Notes: generated by a model not told the origin, from the letters alone. A DNA stretch of 57,531 bases from Tubiluchus corallicola (GCA_030141605.1 JAQGDQ010002401.1:30958-88488), one strand, 5' to 3'. Numbered from the stretch's first letter, positions 22,354 through 33,081 are shown. Translations and numbers: made by a program.

Positions 22354-22734
22354 ATGATAAAGACAGTAGAAATACAGGTGCGCTTCAGCGATCTGGACCC
22401 TTATGGGCATGTGAATAACTCTGTGTATTTTTCATACATGGAGGTTGCAAGGACTAAGTCGTTTAAGCATGAGTTTGACAAGTTTTTTAGCAAGAAGATG
22501 CATTACGTCATACTAAATACGGAGTGTTCCTATAAACTTCCGATCAAAGAAGGAGACGACGTATTTGTGGATGTATGGGTGAGTGAGATCAAAAAGTTGA
22601 GAATAACTTTCTCGTACAAAATACGCAATTCCAAGGGGGATGTATTTGCAACATCATCGACGCAGATGTGTATCCTCGATGGAGAGACAGAAAAGCCTGC
22701 AAAGATCCCAGAAGGAATTTTGAGGAATATCTAA
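22354..22734 (+). CDS. Acyl-CoA thioesterase (4HBT/YbgC hot-dog family)
   Basis: VRFSDLDPYGHVNNSVY...EVAR motif. Confidence 0.92.
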   Translation: MIKTVEIQVRFSDLDPYGHVNNSVYFSYMEVARTKSFKHEFDKFFSKKMHYVILNTECSYKLPIKEGDDVFVDVWVSEIKKLRITFSYKIRNSKGDVFATSSTQMCILDGETEKPAKIPEGILRNI

Positions 22735-22818
22735 GGCGCTTTTTGTATCGTTTCATGGATAGGTAAGGCATTTCAGGGGATATCCTTAATCGAATATCGA
22801 TGTTGTGGGAGATGTTTT

Positions 22819-23658
22819 GTGGGTAAAGTTGGGGTACTTACCGTATTTTTATTGTCAGTTGCCGTCAATTTTGTCATGGGGTGCAGCTCGAGTGATTTCC
22901 CATTTCCCGACAGGGAAGTTAAGGTTTCCGGGAAAGTAACGTCGCAACATTACCACGATTTTCCTGTAGCCGGTGTTGAAGTCAGTATCGAAAACAGCGG
23001 CGGCGTTTGCGAGTCTAGTTTGACAGGTATGCGAGGAGAGTATGCTTTCACCGTTAAAGCCGAAAAGTATGACATCGTGGTTGAGGGTGAAGGTTATGTG
23101 AGATACGTGGACACTTTTAGCTTCAGAGAAGACACCGTGGTTCCGTCGATAGAGATGGTGATAGATACAGACACTCACGGTGAAATTAAAGGGCTGGTGA
23201 GTGATGGGACGAAATACTTGCAAAACGTAGTCATAACAAACAGTGACAGAACTATTTTCAGCGATGAAGACGGTTTTTATACAATTATTCTTCCCTACGG
23301 AGAGCAAGACTTGCTATTCAGCAAGCCGGGATATAAGAGCTACGGTACCAGCCACAAATTGACAGAACAGAGCCAGCCCATATCAGACGATGTGCAGCTA
23401 AATAGGGATGACAAACATCTTTACGAGCTCAGCGGCACAGTGTTGAGTGCAAATGACGCTCCTGTAGCTGATGCAGAAATTGTAATTTATGCCGTCGACA
23501 TCACAATTACAGCAGCTTTTACCGACGATAACGGATTTTATTCATTGGATATAACAAGTGGCGCCTACACTCTCGAAGTGCAGTCCATAGACCACACGAC
23601 AAAGAAGTATGAGATAGAGATAGGTTCAGAGGATCTTGAGTTCAACATTACACTCTAA
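22819..23658 (+). CDS. Lipoprotein with about 3 carboxypeptidase-regulatory-like beta-sandwich domains
   Basis: Lipobox VMGC; repeated G-x-V...P-V/I-x-x-A...T-D-x-x-G-x-Y units. Confidence 0.8.
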   Translation: MGKVGVLTVFLLSVAVNFVMGCSSSDFPFPDREVKVSGKVTSQHYHDFPVAGVEVSIENSGGVCESSLTGMRGEYAFTVKAEKYDIVVEGEGYVRYVDTFSFREDTVVPSIEMVIDTDTHGEIKGLVSDGTKYLQNVVITNSDRTIFSDEDGFYTIILPYGEQDLLFSKPGYKSYGTSHKLTEQSQPISDDVQLNRDDKHLYELSGTVLSANDAPVADAEIVIYAVDITITAAFTDDNGFYSLDITSGAYTLEVQSIDHTTKKYEIEIGSEDLEFNITL

Positions 23659-24021
23659 AACGGAAAGAGCCTCTTTGCCTTGGAAGCACATAATGGTTTC
23701 CAACATTTATACATCATCTCAACACACCCCTGTACCGTAACACAATGCACAGATATCTTCATACAACAGAAACAGCACAGTAGAGATACCGAAAGCTGTT
23801 TATCCACCTAGATCAATCATACCCTAGCACCACACAAAACAAAGACCCACACGCATACATACTCATCGGTATGTCAAAATAGACACGGTCTGTTATCTAC
23901 ACTAACAATACATAGTTATATAATTGCATAAAATCATATACTTATTAATGCGATATGTTATAAATATCATATAGACTTTATCTATTGCGAATTGCTGTTC
24001 ATCTGTGCCTGGAGGCTTTGT

Positions 24022-26430
24022 ATGCGCACTGCAAGAGTGATGTGTCAGTGCTTGTTATTTGCGGTTTTATTCATTTTATTTTCATGCGGCAGTAATAGAG
24101 TAGACAGCGTCAGCAACGCCCACATTTCGGGAGTTCTGCACAACAGTTACGGATATCCTGCAAGCGGAGTTACGATTACTTTAGAGAGTAACGGCACCAC
24201 TTATGCCACAGATATAACGGACACGGACGGCAACTATCGCTTGGAAGTACCTCTTGGCAAGTATGAACTTAAGATCACTGGCAACGGATATCTCTCCAGC
24301 CCAAGAACCATTGATGTCACAGGGGACATCGTGATGTCCACACAGTTTGTCGACGTAAACTCTGCAACACATGGCATAGTCATCGGGCAAATAACCTTAG
24401 ACGGACAGACTGTCGTGGCAAATGCGATTGTTTCAGATGGTGCAAAAACCACCCTCACCAGCTCAACCGGTCTTTATGCCATGACGCTTGAGTATGGTAC
24501 AGCCGACTTATCATTCAGTAAAACGGGGCATGTCGAGATACTGAAAAGGCAGACTCTAAATACAGAAAACCCATACGCCGAGATCGATATAATCTTGCCC
24601 AGAGATGCAGAAAATTACGGTATGGTTTATGGCAATATCTTCATGGAGCTTGATGGAATACAAAATGCAACAGTGCCTTATGCTGAGGTGAGTTTGTACC
24701 ATTTTGGAGAAATAACGAGCACAACGTATGCGGATAAAGATGGTTATTTTAATATAATAGTTCCGTACGGTGAATATCGTTTGGCTGGTAAGTCAGACAC
24801 ACATATTGAGACATACAGCGACGAGTTCATGCTGTCGAGTAGCAACCAGACTGCAAAGCAGGACTGCACACTACAACTTGACACACTCAACCACGGAAGC
24901 ATATATGGCGTAGTCACAGACAGTTTTGGCGTTGCCCTAGGCGAGGTCAGCATCGCATTTGACAAAAATGGCGATCCGTCTGATGAAGTTATTACCGACT
25001 CCAAAGGTAATTTTCATACCATACTTACCCACGGCACCTACCAAGTCATATTTCGGAAATATGGTTTTGAGCAATACTCTCAAAGCATAAGCCTAACAAA
25101 AGAAAATCCTTTTTACCGCATAAATGGGCAAGCAGCATTGAAAGAGAAAGCATCCTACAGTCTTTACGGCAAGGTGACCGATAGTCAAAACAATCCGATT
25201 GCGTCGGCAAAAGTAGAAGCTTATGTAGAAGAAACGCTCATTAGGACAGATACCACGGATAATTCGGGCAACTACTCGTTACAACTGTATAGTGGTAGTT
25301 ATACATTAAGGGGCAGCGCAGACTACTATATGTCATTTAAAGATGATAACTTTGGAATAATTTCGGCAAACGTTGAACTTGACATAGTACTGATGAATAC
25401 TCCAGCAAATCACGACAAAATATCATCAAGCAATAATGATGTCCTTTACCTGGATAGTCACGGGGCTCTATGGGCATGGGGGCACAATACGCATGGAAAT
25501 GTCGGCGACGGCTCTACCTCTTCGGTGTATACACCAAAAAATATATCTGAGCTGTATCCAACCTTAGATGAATTTGTCATGGTCGCAGCTGGAAAAACAC
25601 AATCTTACAGCTTAAACTCAAAAGGCGAACTGTATGGCTGGGGGCTCAATGATTCAGGACAGCTGGGAGATGGCAGCACAATGCAGAGACTATCACCAAC
25701 ACTTCTGGATTTGAGGCATCTTCCCGAAGGGGAAAAGATAGTCCAAGTAGCAAACTCTGCTCACACTGCCCTGGCCGTGACTGATCAGGGGAGTGTTCTT
25801 GCTTGGGGGAATAATTTTGCAGGTCAGTTAGGATTTCCGGGCAATGACCCTGTTTTGGTACCGAAGGTAATCCCGATAATACTTGATGCCGTAGCTGTAG
25901 AGGCAAGCACTCTTTCCACAACGATTCTGACGGGTGATGGCAAGGTATATGCATGGGGAGACAACACTTTTGGACAGCTAGGGGTGGGGGATCACGTCAA
26001 TATCACTCATCACCCCCAACTGGTCGAAGGATTTGACGGAAAGGTAGTAAAGATATCCTCTAAGGGACTTCACGTCTTGGCACTCACGGAATACGGAACC
26101 CTTTACGGCTGGGGGAGCAACTCTGCGGGGCAATTGGACGAAATGTACAGAAACCAGATGCTACCTATAAAACTTGCGGACAACGCAAAAACTATGTATG
26201 CAGGAGATGGAAGTACCTACATAGTCCTAAGCAACAACACCGTACTTATGAAAGGTGACATGGATCAGCAATATAACCTAGCACCTTTAGAGAATGAAGA
26301 CATCATGGTGATCATTGAGGGCAAAGCCATAACGGATAGCGAACAGGTCTATTCGTGGGGGCGTGAATTCATAACGGGAACGGGGGAAAACAGTATAGTA
26401 CCGTTGAACATCACCAACGGATTAAAATGA
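24022..26430 (+). CDS. Lipoprotein with about 5 carboxypeptidase-regulatory-like domains and C-terminal RCC1/BLIP-II-like repeats
   Basis: ATG at 24022 after GGAGG; lipobox LFSC; TDTDGNY, ADKDGYF, TDSKGNF and TDNSGNY repeats; repeated G-x-L/V-x-x-W-G-x-N-x-x-G-Q-L-G. Confidence 0.85.
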   Translation: MRTARVMCQCLLFAVLFILFSCGSNRVDSVSNAHISGVLHNSYGYPASGVTITLESNGTTYATDITDTDGNYRLEVPLGKYELKITGNGYLSSPRTIDVTGDIVMSTQFVDVNSATHGIVIGQITLDGQTVVANAIVSDGAKTTLTSSTGLYAMTLEYGTADLSFSKTGHVEILKRQTLNTENPYAEIDIILPRDAENYGMVYGNIFMELDGIQNATVPYAEVSLYHFGEITSTTYADKDGYFNIIVPYGEYRLAGKSDTHIETYSDEFMLSSSNQTAKQDCTLQLDTLNHGSIYGVVTDSFGVALGEVSIAFDKNGDPSDEVITDSKGNFHTILTHGTYQVIFRKYGFEQYSQSISLTKENPFYRINGQAALKEKASYSLYGKVTDSQNNPIASAKVEAYVEETLIRTDTTDNSGNYSLQLYSGSYTLRGSADYYMSFKDDNFGIISANVELDIVLMNTPANHDKISSSNNDVLYLDSHGALWAWGHNTHGNVGDGSTSSVYTPKNISELYPTLDEFVMVAAGKTQSYSLNSKGELYGWGLNDSGQLGDGSTMQRLSPTLLDLRHLPEGEKIVQVANSAHTALAVTDQGSVLAWGNNFAGQLGFPGNDPVLVPKVIPIILDAVAVEASTLSTTILTGDGKVYAWGDNTFGQLGVGDHVNITHHPQLVEGFDGKVVKISSKGLHVLALTEYGTLYGWGSNSAGQLDEMYRNQMLPIKLADNAKTMYAGDGSTYIVLSNNTVLMKGDMDQQYNLAPLENEDIMVIIEGKAITDSEQVYSWGREFITGTGENSIVPLNITNGLK

Positions 26431-26696
26431 TGCACCCATACCTACTTAAGATTGGCAAAAGACATCCCCACTTTTCGCCCGCAGCACATTCGAGCTGCAC
26501 CATAAACAACCGGTAGGTAGCTGCTCAGAAAAATGACCGCCAACTGGCAAGCAAATGGAGCACACGCAATTAGTTACATGCAAAAACCACAGCCGCCGCA
26601 ACCCGACGCTTACGAAACCATCATTTATCAAAAAAGTAATAGACTCCGGAAGTAAAACGGATGACGCGAAGATATCGCCCTGGAAATTTTGAGGAG

Positions 26697-26903
26697 TTAA
26701 CGGTTCATTTTATTTTTATTATGCTTCCTTTCATCACTTATGGATTTTAGCCTTGCACCAATGACAAAGGTGACGATGCCTGAAACAACCAACAGCACAA
26801 CAACAACTTTGCCAAATGTAATTCCTTGATAAAAATGTTCCGCAGCCCATTCAAGACGTGTTTGAGATAAAAAGTTATAAAATACAGTGTCTAAAAATAT
26901 CAT
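26697..26903 (-). CDS. Small single-pass membrane protein (68 aa), hypothetical
   Basis: ATG at 26903 after AAAGGT; one hydrophobic helix (VVVVLLVVSGIVTFVIGA) followed by a basic tail. Confidence 0.5.
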   Translation of the reverse strand: MIFLDTVFYNFLSQTRLEWAAEHFYQGITFGKVVVVLLVVSGIVTFVIGARLKSISDERKHNKNKMNR

Positions 26904-26964
26904 TAAATACCTTTGTTTTTGCGAGGTCAATTGCCTCTTTTTTTCTAAATTCCGGTGAAGCTTA

Positions 26965-27465
26965 TCACTGCCTATCCAAAGCAACGACGCTGGCGGTCAA
27001 GCCAAACGAACTTACTTCACTGATCACCATGTCAGCAACCGTTTCAACAGAAGCCAAGCAGCTATCTGTCAGCTCCATTCCAGGCTCCAGAGATCCAGGA
27101 ATAACTCCTATAACCTTCACATACCCAGGACAGATGCCATGCATTTCACACATGAGCAGAACCTCTTGAACGCCAATCTGATGTGGAGAGAGCTTTACAG
27201 GGATTTTGCTGAGCATAACATCATCCTTCGAAAAAACCCTAATATCCCCTTCTACACCCTCAACATCCAGCACGTCAATGATAATAAGGTGAGAAGCTTC
27301 CCCTATCTTGTACGCTGCAGCCATCCCCAGCGTGCCTCCGTCAAACAGCTCCACCTCGGGCGGAAAATCATATATACTCTCGAGAAATCTAACAACGTGC
27401 ACGCCAAACCCCTCGTCAGAACAGAGTAAATTACCAACACCCATCACAATAACTTTTTCTACCAT
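26965..27465 (-). CDS. hybD: Hydrogenase maturation endopeptidase
   Basis: MGVGNLLCSDEGFGVH, DGGT and SPHQIG motifs; directly downstream of the large subunit. Confidence 0.92.
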   Translation of the reverse strand: MVEKVIVMGVGNLLCSDEGFGVHVVRFLESIYDFPPEVELFDGGTLGMAAAYKIGEASHLIIIDVLDVEGVEGDIRVFSKDDVMLSKIPVKLSPHQIGVQEVLLMCEMHGICPGYVKVIGVIPGSLEPGMELTDSCLASVETVADMVISEVSSFGLTASVVALDRQ

Positions 27466-27665
27466 AATCCACTCACACAATAATCACTTTCTGCAAGCAA
27501 CAACACAATCCGCAAGATCACCACCACACATCAAACTTGCAAAGAAGAGGCAGTCCCCCCTAGAAGATAACGCCCAAAAACAGATAGTCAACATAAAAAT
27601 GAAAGTTTACAACGACAATCCATAAATAAACCGTAAATACGCAATGAAGAGGATAACAGTTACGC

Positions 27666-27702
27666 ATCCTTTGGGCAAGGGCAATCTCCTTCCCCAAAGG
27701 AT
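27666..27702 (-). terminator. Stem-loop after the hydrogenase large subunit
   Basis: ATCCTTTGGG(C)AAGG...CCTT(C)CCCAAAGGAT inverted repeat. Confidence 0.65.
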
Positions 27703-27735
27703 ATACGTGCCAAAATCAATCGATGTCTGAATACA

Positions 27736-29415
27736 TCAACGTACCTTCACATTAACTATCTCTTTTCCATCCGGATCGATGGTATGCACTGCACAAGCTA
27801 TGCACGGGTCAAAAGAGTGTACTGTACGAATCACCTCTAATGGTTTCTCTTCATCTGCGACAGGATTCCCCAACAACGAAGCTTCATACGGTCCAAGGTT
27901 TCCATCCTTATCTCTAGGTCCGGAATTCCACGTAGATGGAACTATCGCTTGGTAATTTCTAATCTTTTTATCCTCTATAACCAGCCAATGGGAAAGTATA
28001 CCCCTGGGAGCTTCATGTATTCCGACCCCTTCGTACACTCCGGAGGGAATTTCTCCGGCATCCGGATTAACGTACACTTTGTCGCCTTTGTTGCCATAGT
28101 TGTCGATAAGCTTATCGATAAACTCCAAGCACTTCTCCCCATGAACAACAGCCCTTGCCGCTCTCGCATAGTGTCTGCCAAGGGTAGAGTGAACTTTGTC
28201 CAGACCTATGTTGAGCGTAGACGCCGCAGAGTTTACCAGCTCAACAGTCCTAGGATGCCCCGCATGGTACGCCGTCAAGACTGCAGCCAAAGGGCCAACC
28301 TGCATAGCCCTCCCTTCAAGTCTGGGGGCCTTACACCAAGAATATTTTCCATTGTCATTAAAATCAGTATATTCCGGTATGGTTTCTCCTGAATACGGGT
28401 GTAAGTTAGAGTCCTTGTACCAGGAGTGTATAGTCTCTTCCTTGACATTTTTTATAAAATATTCATCATGCTGCGTTGCAAATATATTAGGTTTGCCATC
28501 AATTATGACACCGCCAGGTAGGTCAAAACTGTCCATACCGGGTGTCAAAGGCAAGTCAGGGGCAGCAAGGTAATCGGTAACGCCCGCTCCATAACTAAAC
28601 CAATCCTTGTAAAAAGAAGCAACAGCTAAAACGTCCGGATAGTAAACATTTTGCACAAAATCCAAGGCTTCAGCACATAACGCCCTCAGTTGTGCTAAAC
28701 GCTCCATATCGACAGTTGCAATATTATCAAAATTTAGCGCCGTTGCCACACCGCCCAAACACAAGTTTTGTATATGTGGATTCTTCCCTCCCAAGATAGC
28801 GATCGCTTGGGCCGATTTTCTCTGATATTCAAGAGCGGCAAGGTAGTGATTCACAGCCATAAGATTGGCCTCAGGAGGAAGCTTCATAGCAGAATGTCCC
28901 CAGTAACCACTGCCAAATACGCCCAGTTTGCCAGTGTTCACAAAGCTCTGTAGCCTGTCTTTGGTCTCTTGAAAAGCTTGGGGAGAATTGCCATTCCAGT
29001 TACTTAAAGACTGTGCTAATTGAGCGGTCTTATAGGGATCTGCGCTCAACGCACTAACAATATCCACCCAATCCAGAGCCGACAGATGATAAAAATGGAT
29101 AATACTGTCATGAACATTATGTTGAGAAATAATTATATTTCTTATGTATTGAGCGTTTAGAGGGACCTCCACATTAAGAGCATTCTCCACGGCCCGTATA
29201 GACGCAATAGCATGAACGGTAGTACAAACGCCACAAAAGCGCTGAGTAATGGCCCAGGCATCTCTAGGGTCTTTACCCTCCAGTATCTTCTCTATACCTC
29301 TCCACATCTGGGCTGACGACCACGCATTAGTTATCTTGCCACCGTCAACTTCCACATCTATTCTCAAGTGTCCTTCAATTCTAGTAATAGGGTCTATTGT
29401 AATCCTCGTTCCCAT
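27736..29415 (-). CDS. hybC: [NiFe] hydrogenase large subunit (Hyd-2 type)
   Basis: DPITRIEGH, QRFCGVCTTVH (L1) and SFDPCIACAVH (L2) with a cleavable C-terminal tail. Confidence 0.95.
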   Translation of the reverse strand: MGTRITIDPITRIEGHLRIDVEVDGGKITNAWSSAQMWRGIEKILEGKDPRDAWAITQRFCGVCTTVHAIASIRAVENALNVEVPLNAQYIRNIIISQHNVHDSIIHFYHLSALDWVDIVSALSADPYKTAQLAQSLSNWNGNSPQAFQETKDRLQSFVNTGKLGVFGSGYWGHSAMKLPPEANLMAVNHYLAALEYQRKSAQAIAILGGKNPHIQNLCLGGVATALNFDNIATVDMERLAQLRALCAEALDFVQNVYYPDVLAVASFYKDWFSYGAGVTDYLAAPDLPLTPGMDSFDLPGGVIIDGKPNIFATQHDEYFIKNVKEETIHSWYKDSNLHPYSGETIPEYTDFNDNGKYSWCKAPRLEGRAMQVGPLAAVLTAYHAGHPRTVELVNSAASTLNIGLDKVHSTLGRHYARAARAVVHGEKCLEFIDKLIDNYGNKGDKVYVNPDAGEIPSGVYEGVGIHEAPRGILSHWLVIEDKKIRNYQAIVPSTWNSGPRDKDGNLGPYEASLLGNPVADEEKPLEVIRTVHSFDPCIACAVHTIDPDGKEIVNVKVR

Positions 29416-29443
29416 TTATTGAACCTCCATAAATCTTTAAAAA

Positions 29444-30628
29444 TTATTCCGTTGAATGAAATACTGGCAACACCCTTATGGCAATGAGGTAAAGTACAAT
29501 TTCAAAAGATACTATACCCACAATTATTAAAAACTCGATAAGGGTGGGAAAGTATGTCCAACCCGCGCCGGGATTAAATGCCACAAGAAAAGAGTCCACT
29601 CTATAGAGCATCGCGCCAAAACCGACAAGCATTGCAGCAACAATAACGCTTCCTATCCTAGGATTGCTACTGAGAAGATACACACTTGGCGCAGAAAGGA
29701 GGATTATCTCCAACCAAAACATCATTCCCATAGTATCAAAAGTGGACATAAAGTGCGCTTTGCCGGTAAACACTACGATCACAACCCGAAGAATGACCCA
29801 TGAAATAGCTACAAGAGCAACTAGTTTCGCGAGCTTTCTCATGACATCCTTATCCAGGTCAAGGTTTAGATAAAAAGCGCTGATGCTAGTTTCAAACATC
29901 ACCGCAACGGTTCCCATCAGCATACCCGTCAATAGGAATAATAACGGCAGCCAATCCGTATGCCACAAAGGATGCACTTTGTAGCCGGCAAGGTGGATTA
30001 GACTTCCCAAAGATGACTGGTATATGGAAGGCAAAATAATAGCTAAAGCTATGATAAATATTAACAAGTGCTTCGCTTTGGGCAATAGCCTACGGGCTAT
30101 CTTTGCAAACTTGTCATATCTCGTCCCCTCAAACATCGTCAACCTTTCCAGCAACGTAGGCATAAGCAACATGGTATAAACCAAGAGAAGAGCAGTCAAA
30201 GACAGTCCTAACTGCAGAATGGAGGATGTAAGCTTGATACTGCCAGGCAGGAAATAGTGATACATATTCCAGTACCTTCCAAGATCGACAATGACCACAA
30301 TTCCATCAAATCCGTAGCCTAAGGCACTCACCAGGATAGCAGAACGCAATAGATGCGTATACTCACCCTTGTTGAGGATGTACACCATAGCCGCAACAAC
30401 GAGGGCGCCACTCGCAAATGCCGTACCGCAAGCAGCTCCAAAACCTATCCAAACACCCCAAGGATATGCATCGTTAAGATTACTGACATATCCTATGCTG
30501 GTGACAAAACGCAATACAACGATAGACATCCCAATAACGGCAAAGGCTAAGAAGGTTAAGAACACCTTAGATTGGAGCAACGGTTTGTCAGACCTGTACA
30601 AAATATAACCATGATCCCTAGCTTCCAT
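29444..30628 (-). CDS. hybB: Hydrogenase-2 membrane subunit (NrfD/PsrC family)
   Basis: About 10 TM; NLNDAYPWGVW, DLGRYWN, QSSLGSL and HPLW motifs. Confidence 0.9.
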   Translation of the reverse strand: MEARDHGYILYRSDKPLLQSKVFLTFLAFAVIGMSIVVLRFVTSIGYVSNLNDAYPWGVWIGFGAACGTAFASGALVVAAMVYILNKGEYTHLLRSAILVSALGYGFDGIVVIVDLGRYWNMYHYFLPGSIKLTSSILQLGLSLTALLLVYTMLLMPTLLERLTMFEGTRYDKFAKIARRLLPKAKHLLIFIIALAIILPSIYQSSLGSLIHLAGYKVHPLWHTDWLPLLFLLTGMLMGTVAVMFETSISAFYLNLDLDKDVMRKLAKLVALVAISWVILRVVIVVFTGKAHFMSTFDTMGMMFWLEIILLSAPSVYLLSSNPRIGSVIVAAMLVGFGAMLYRVDSFLVAFNPGAGWTYFPTLIEFLIIVGIVSFEIVLYLIAIRVLPVFHSTE

Positions 30629-30630
30629 AA

Positions 30631-31611
30631 TTAATCCCCCTTCTCTTTATCATCGCTTTTGCCGGACCGATTTTTCAGGGCAAAAGCGGTAATGAGACCG
30701 TAAGCGACAATTGGAGTCATAAACTTCTGATAGATATTCCTCTGCAAGTTTTCATTTCTTTCCGCTTGTGAATAGTTCTCAAGCCTTGGAAAACCAAGGG
30801 CATGAAAGTCAGCCTTTGCAAGATAGATAACACCAGTTCCGCCGAAATCTTCTTCTCCAAAGATCTTGCCGTTATATCTCTCTGGATTTTTTTCCAACCT
30901 ACTCTTGGCTTCTGCCAAAAGATCAGAAGTTTTACCATAGATAACCGCATGAGTTGGGCAGACATCAACACATGCAGGCAGTTTATCGTTTTTAAGGTTG
31001 GTAAATTTACAAAGGTCACATTTGTCAATTGAGGGGAATGTTCTGTCATAGGAAAATTTCGGTATGAGGAAGGGACACCCTATCAGGCAATATCTACAGC
31101 CAATACAATGTTGCTTGATATAGAAGACGATGCCGTCTTCTCCCTTTCTCATAGCATTCACGGGACAAGCCGCGACACATCCGGGTTTTAAGCAATGCAT
31201 ACACTGTCTCTTGATGTAGTGGTATTCATCCTCCTCTTTGTACAGCTTGATAATGTTCCGTGTGTTAAAATCAAGTTCCGTAGGGGCATCATAGATTTTG
31301 CCCGAAACATCATCTACACCAACTCCCAAGCCAAGCCCCTCATCCACATCCCACGTGGCGGGTACCGCCTCCTTGTTATTCACAAGTTTGCAGGAAGAAA
31401 CACAAGCCTTGCAGCCGACACATATGGTAGAGTCGTACAGCATACCCATCTGTTTGTGAGTTTGTTCCCGATCCCACTTGTCATCCAGCGAAACGCCATG
31501 CCTCATCCTCTTCTCTCCGGTACTTGCAATGACAGAAGGGGTGACGGCCAACGTTGCAGCAGCTGCAGCACCAACCTTTAAAAAATCACGCCTTGTCTTT
31601 TTCATCACCAC
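30631..31611 (-). CDS. hybA: Hydrogenase-2 Fe-S subunit
   Basis: Tat motif TRRDFLK; CVGCKACVSSC, CMHCLKPGCVAACP, CIGCRYCLIGCP and CDLC...CVDVCP. Confidence 0.92.
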   Translation of the reverse strand: MVMKKTRRDFLKVGAAAAATLAVTPSVIASTGEKRMRHGVSLDDKWDREQTHKQMGMLYDSTICVGCKACVSSCKLVNNKEAVPATWDVDEGLGLGVGVDDVSGKIYDAPTELDFNTRNIIKLYKEEDEYHYIKRQCMHCLKPGCVAACPVNAMRKGEDGIVFYIKQHCIGCRYCLIGCPFLIPKFSYDRTFPSIDKCDLCKFTNLKNDKLPACVDVCPTHAVIYGKTSDLLAEAKSRLEKNPERYNGKIFGEEDFGGTGVIYLAKADFHALGFPRLENYSQAERNENLQRNIYQKFMTPIVAYGLITAFALKNRSGKSDDKEKGD

Positions 31612-32790
31612 TTCCTCCCTGCTCTTCTTTATCTTCAGTGGAGTTCATTTTATAAGCACTCATAAGACCTGCTCCAACGGCAGCGCCGGCAATACCGCCA
31701 ATAACGGCAGCACTAGCTACCCCACCAGTTACGCCCTTCAATACGCCATCCGCAGTGGGATACGTCGAAGGTGATGTGGGAGAATTTACCTCAACATGCT
31801 CGTTAATAGCCATCTTAAACAGTACATCCTTCTCGGTGCAACCGATACACGGATGCCCTACAGAGACGGGCCAGACATTTATGTCGTTAAACTTTGTAGT
31901 GGAGCAATTTGCTCTGGTAACTGGCCCCTTACAACCGAGCTTATAAAGACAATATCCCTCTTCATGCCCTTCCGAACCATATTTACCGGCAAATCTGCCG
32001 GCATCAAAGTGAGATCTTCTTTCGCAATGTTGATGTATAACCCGCCCATAGGCGAACAATGGTCTGTTCTCTTCATCCATCTCCGGCAGCTTTCCAAAAG
32101 TGATAAAGTGCAAAACCACAGACAACAGATTGTAATGGTTTGGAGGACAGCCCGGTAGAGCTACCACAGGCTTAGTAGAACCGAGCTTTGCAAGCTCATC
32201 AACCCTTTTCAACACATTTCCGCTCAATGAATCAAAGTTGATACTCTTGCTGTTCAACAGAAGGGTGGCTGCCCCAACAGCACTTGTGGGGTTCGGTTCA
32301 ACAGCCTGCACTCCGCCAAATGTGGCACAAGAGCCCAAAGTAACCACAGCAAGACTATCCTTGACAGCCTCTGCCAATGTGTCTATAGCCTTATGATCAC
32401 TAATCTTGCAATATATCCCATCAGACCCCAAAGGCACAGCACCCTCAATCACAAGGATGTACTTGCCTTTGTTCTCCTTCATGGACTTCCTCAAGCTGTC
32501 TTCTGCCTGAACGCCAGAACCTACCATTATTGTCTCGTGGTAGTCTAAAGATATGATATTGAATAGGAGGGTAGGTATGTCCGGGTGACTGGAACGCAAT
32601 ACAGATTCGGTGCAACCAGTGCACTCTTGAAAATGCAACCATATCACGGCAGGACGATCATCACTTTCCGCAGCTTCCGCAATGCGAGGCACAGCAGCGT
32701 AGGCAAGCCCATAACCGCTGCAACAGTGGTCACCGCTTGTAAAAAACTTCTCCTACTCATTCCCAAGTTGGGGACATTAGTTGGATACAT
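31586..32790 (-). CDS. hybO: [NiFe] hydrogenase small subunit, frameshifted near 32700
   Basis: Tat signal SRRSFLQ from ATG at 32790; one extra C restores GLPYAAVPRIAE and joins it to WLHFQECTGCTES, PGCPP, HCERR, CLYKLGCKGP, GHPCIGC and a C-terminal TM anchor. Confidence 0.93.
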
Positions 32791-33029
32791 AATATAACCC
32801 TCCCAAAAACTTATAATTTTAAAACCAGATTTACAAAACACCAGCTACATAAATTTCATACCATTTTAGTATCATTGTCAAGAACTTAATACATAGGACA
32901 CTACATAATATACAATAATTTATAGATGATTACAGTCAAAGCGCCAACACGATAACCCAAATACCGTTATGTAGCAATATCATGCCGCCGTATTCTGCAA
33001 TGCAAACGGGGCCAGTAGAAATCTTTTTC

Positions 33030-33058
33030 TTGACATCCTACTTAGGCTTACATAGTAT
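33030..33058 (+). promoter_or_regulatory. Sigma-70 promoter of tRNA-Val
   Basis: TTGACA-N17-TAGTAT, 23 bp upstream of the tRNA. Confidence 0.7.
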
Positions 33059-33081
33059 CTATTTCTGGAAACTTTCAAAAG

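Noticed and set aside
27736-27810. [NiFeSe] hydrogenase
   Set aside because: The L2 motif is DPCIACAVH with ordinary Cys codons and no in-frame TGA.
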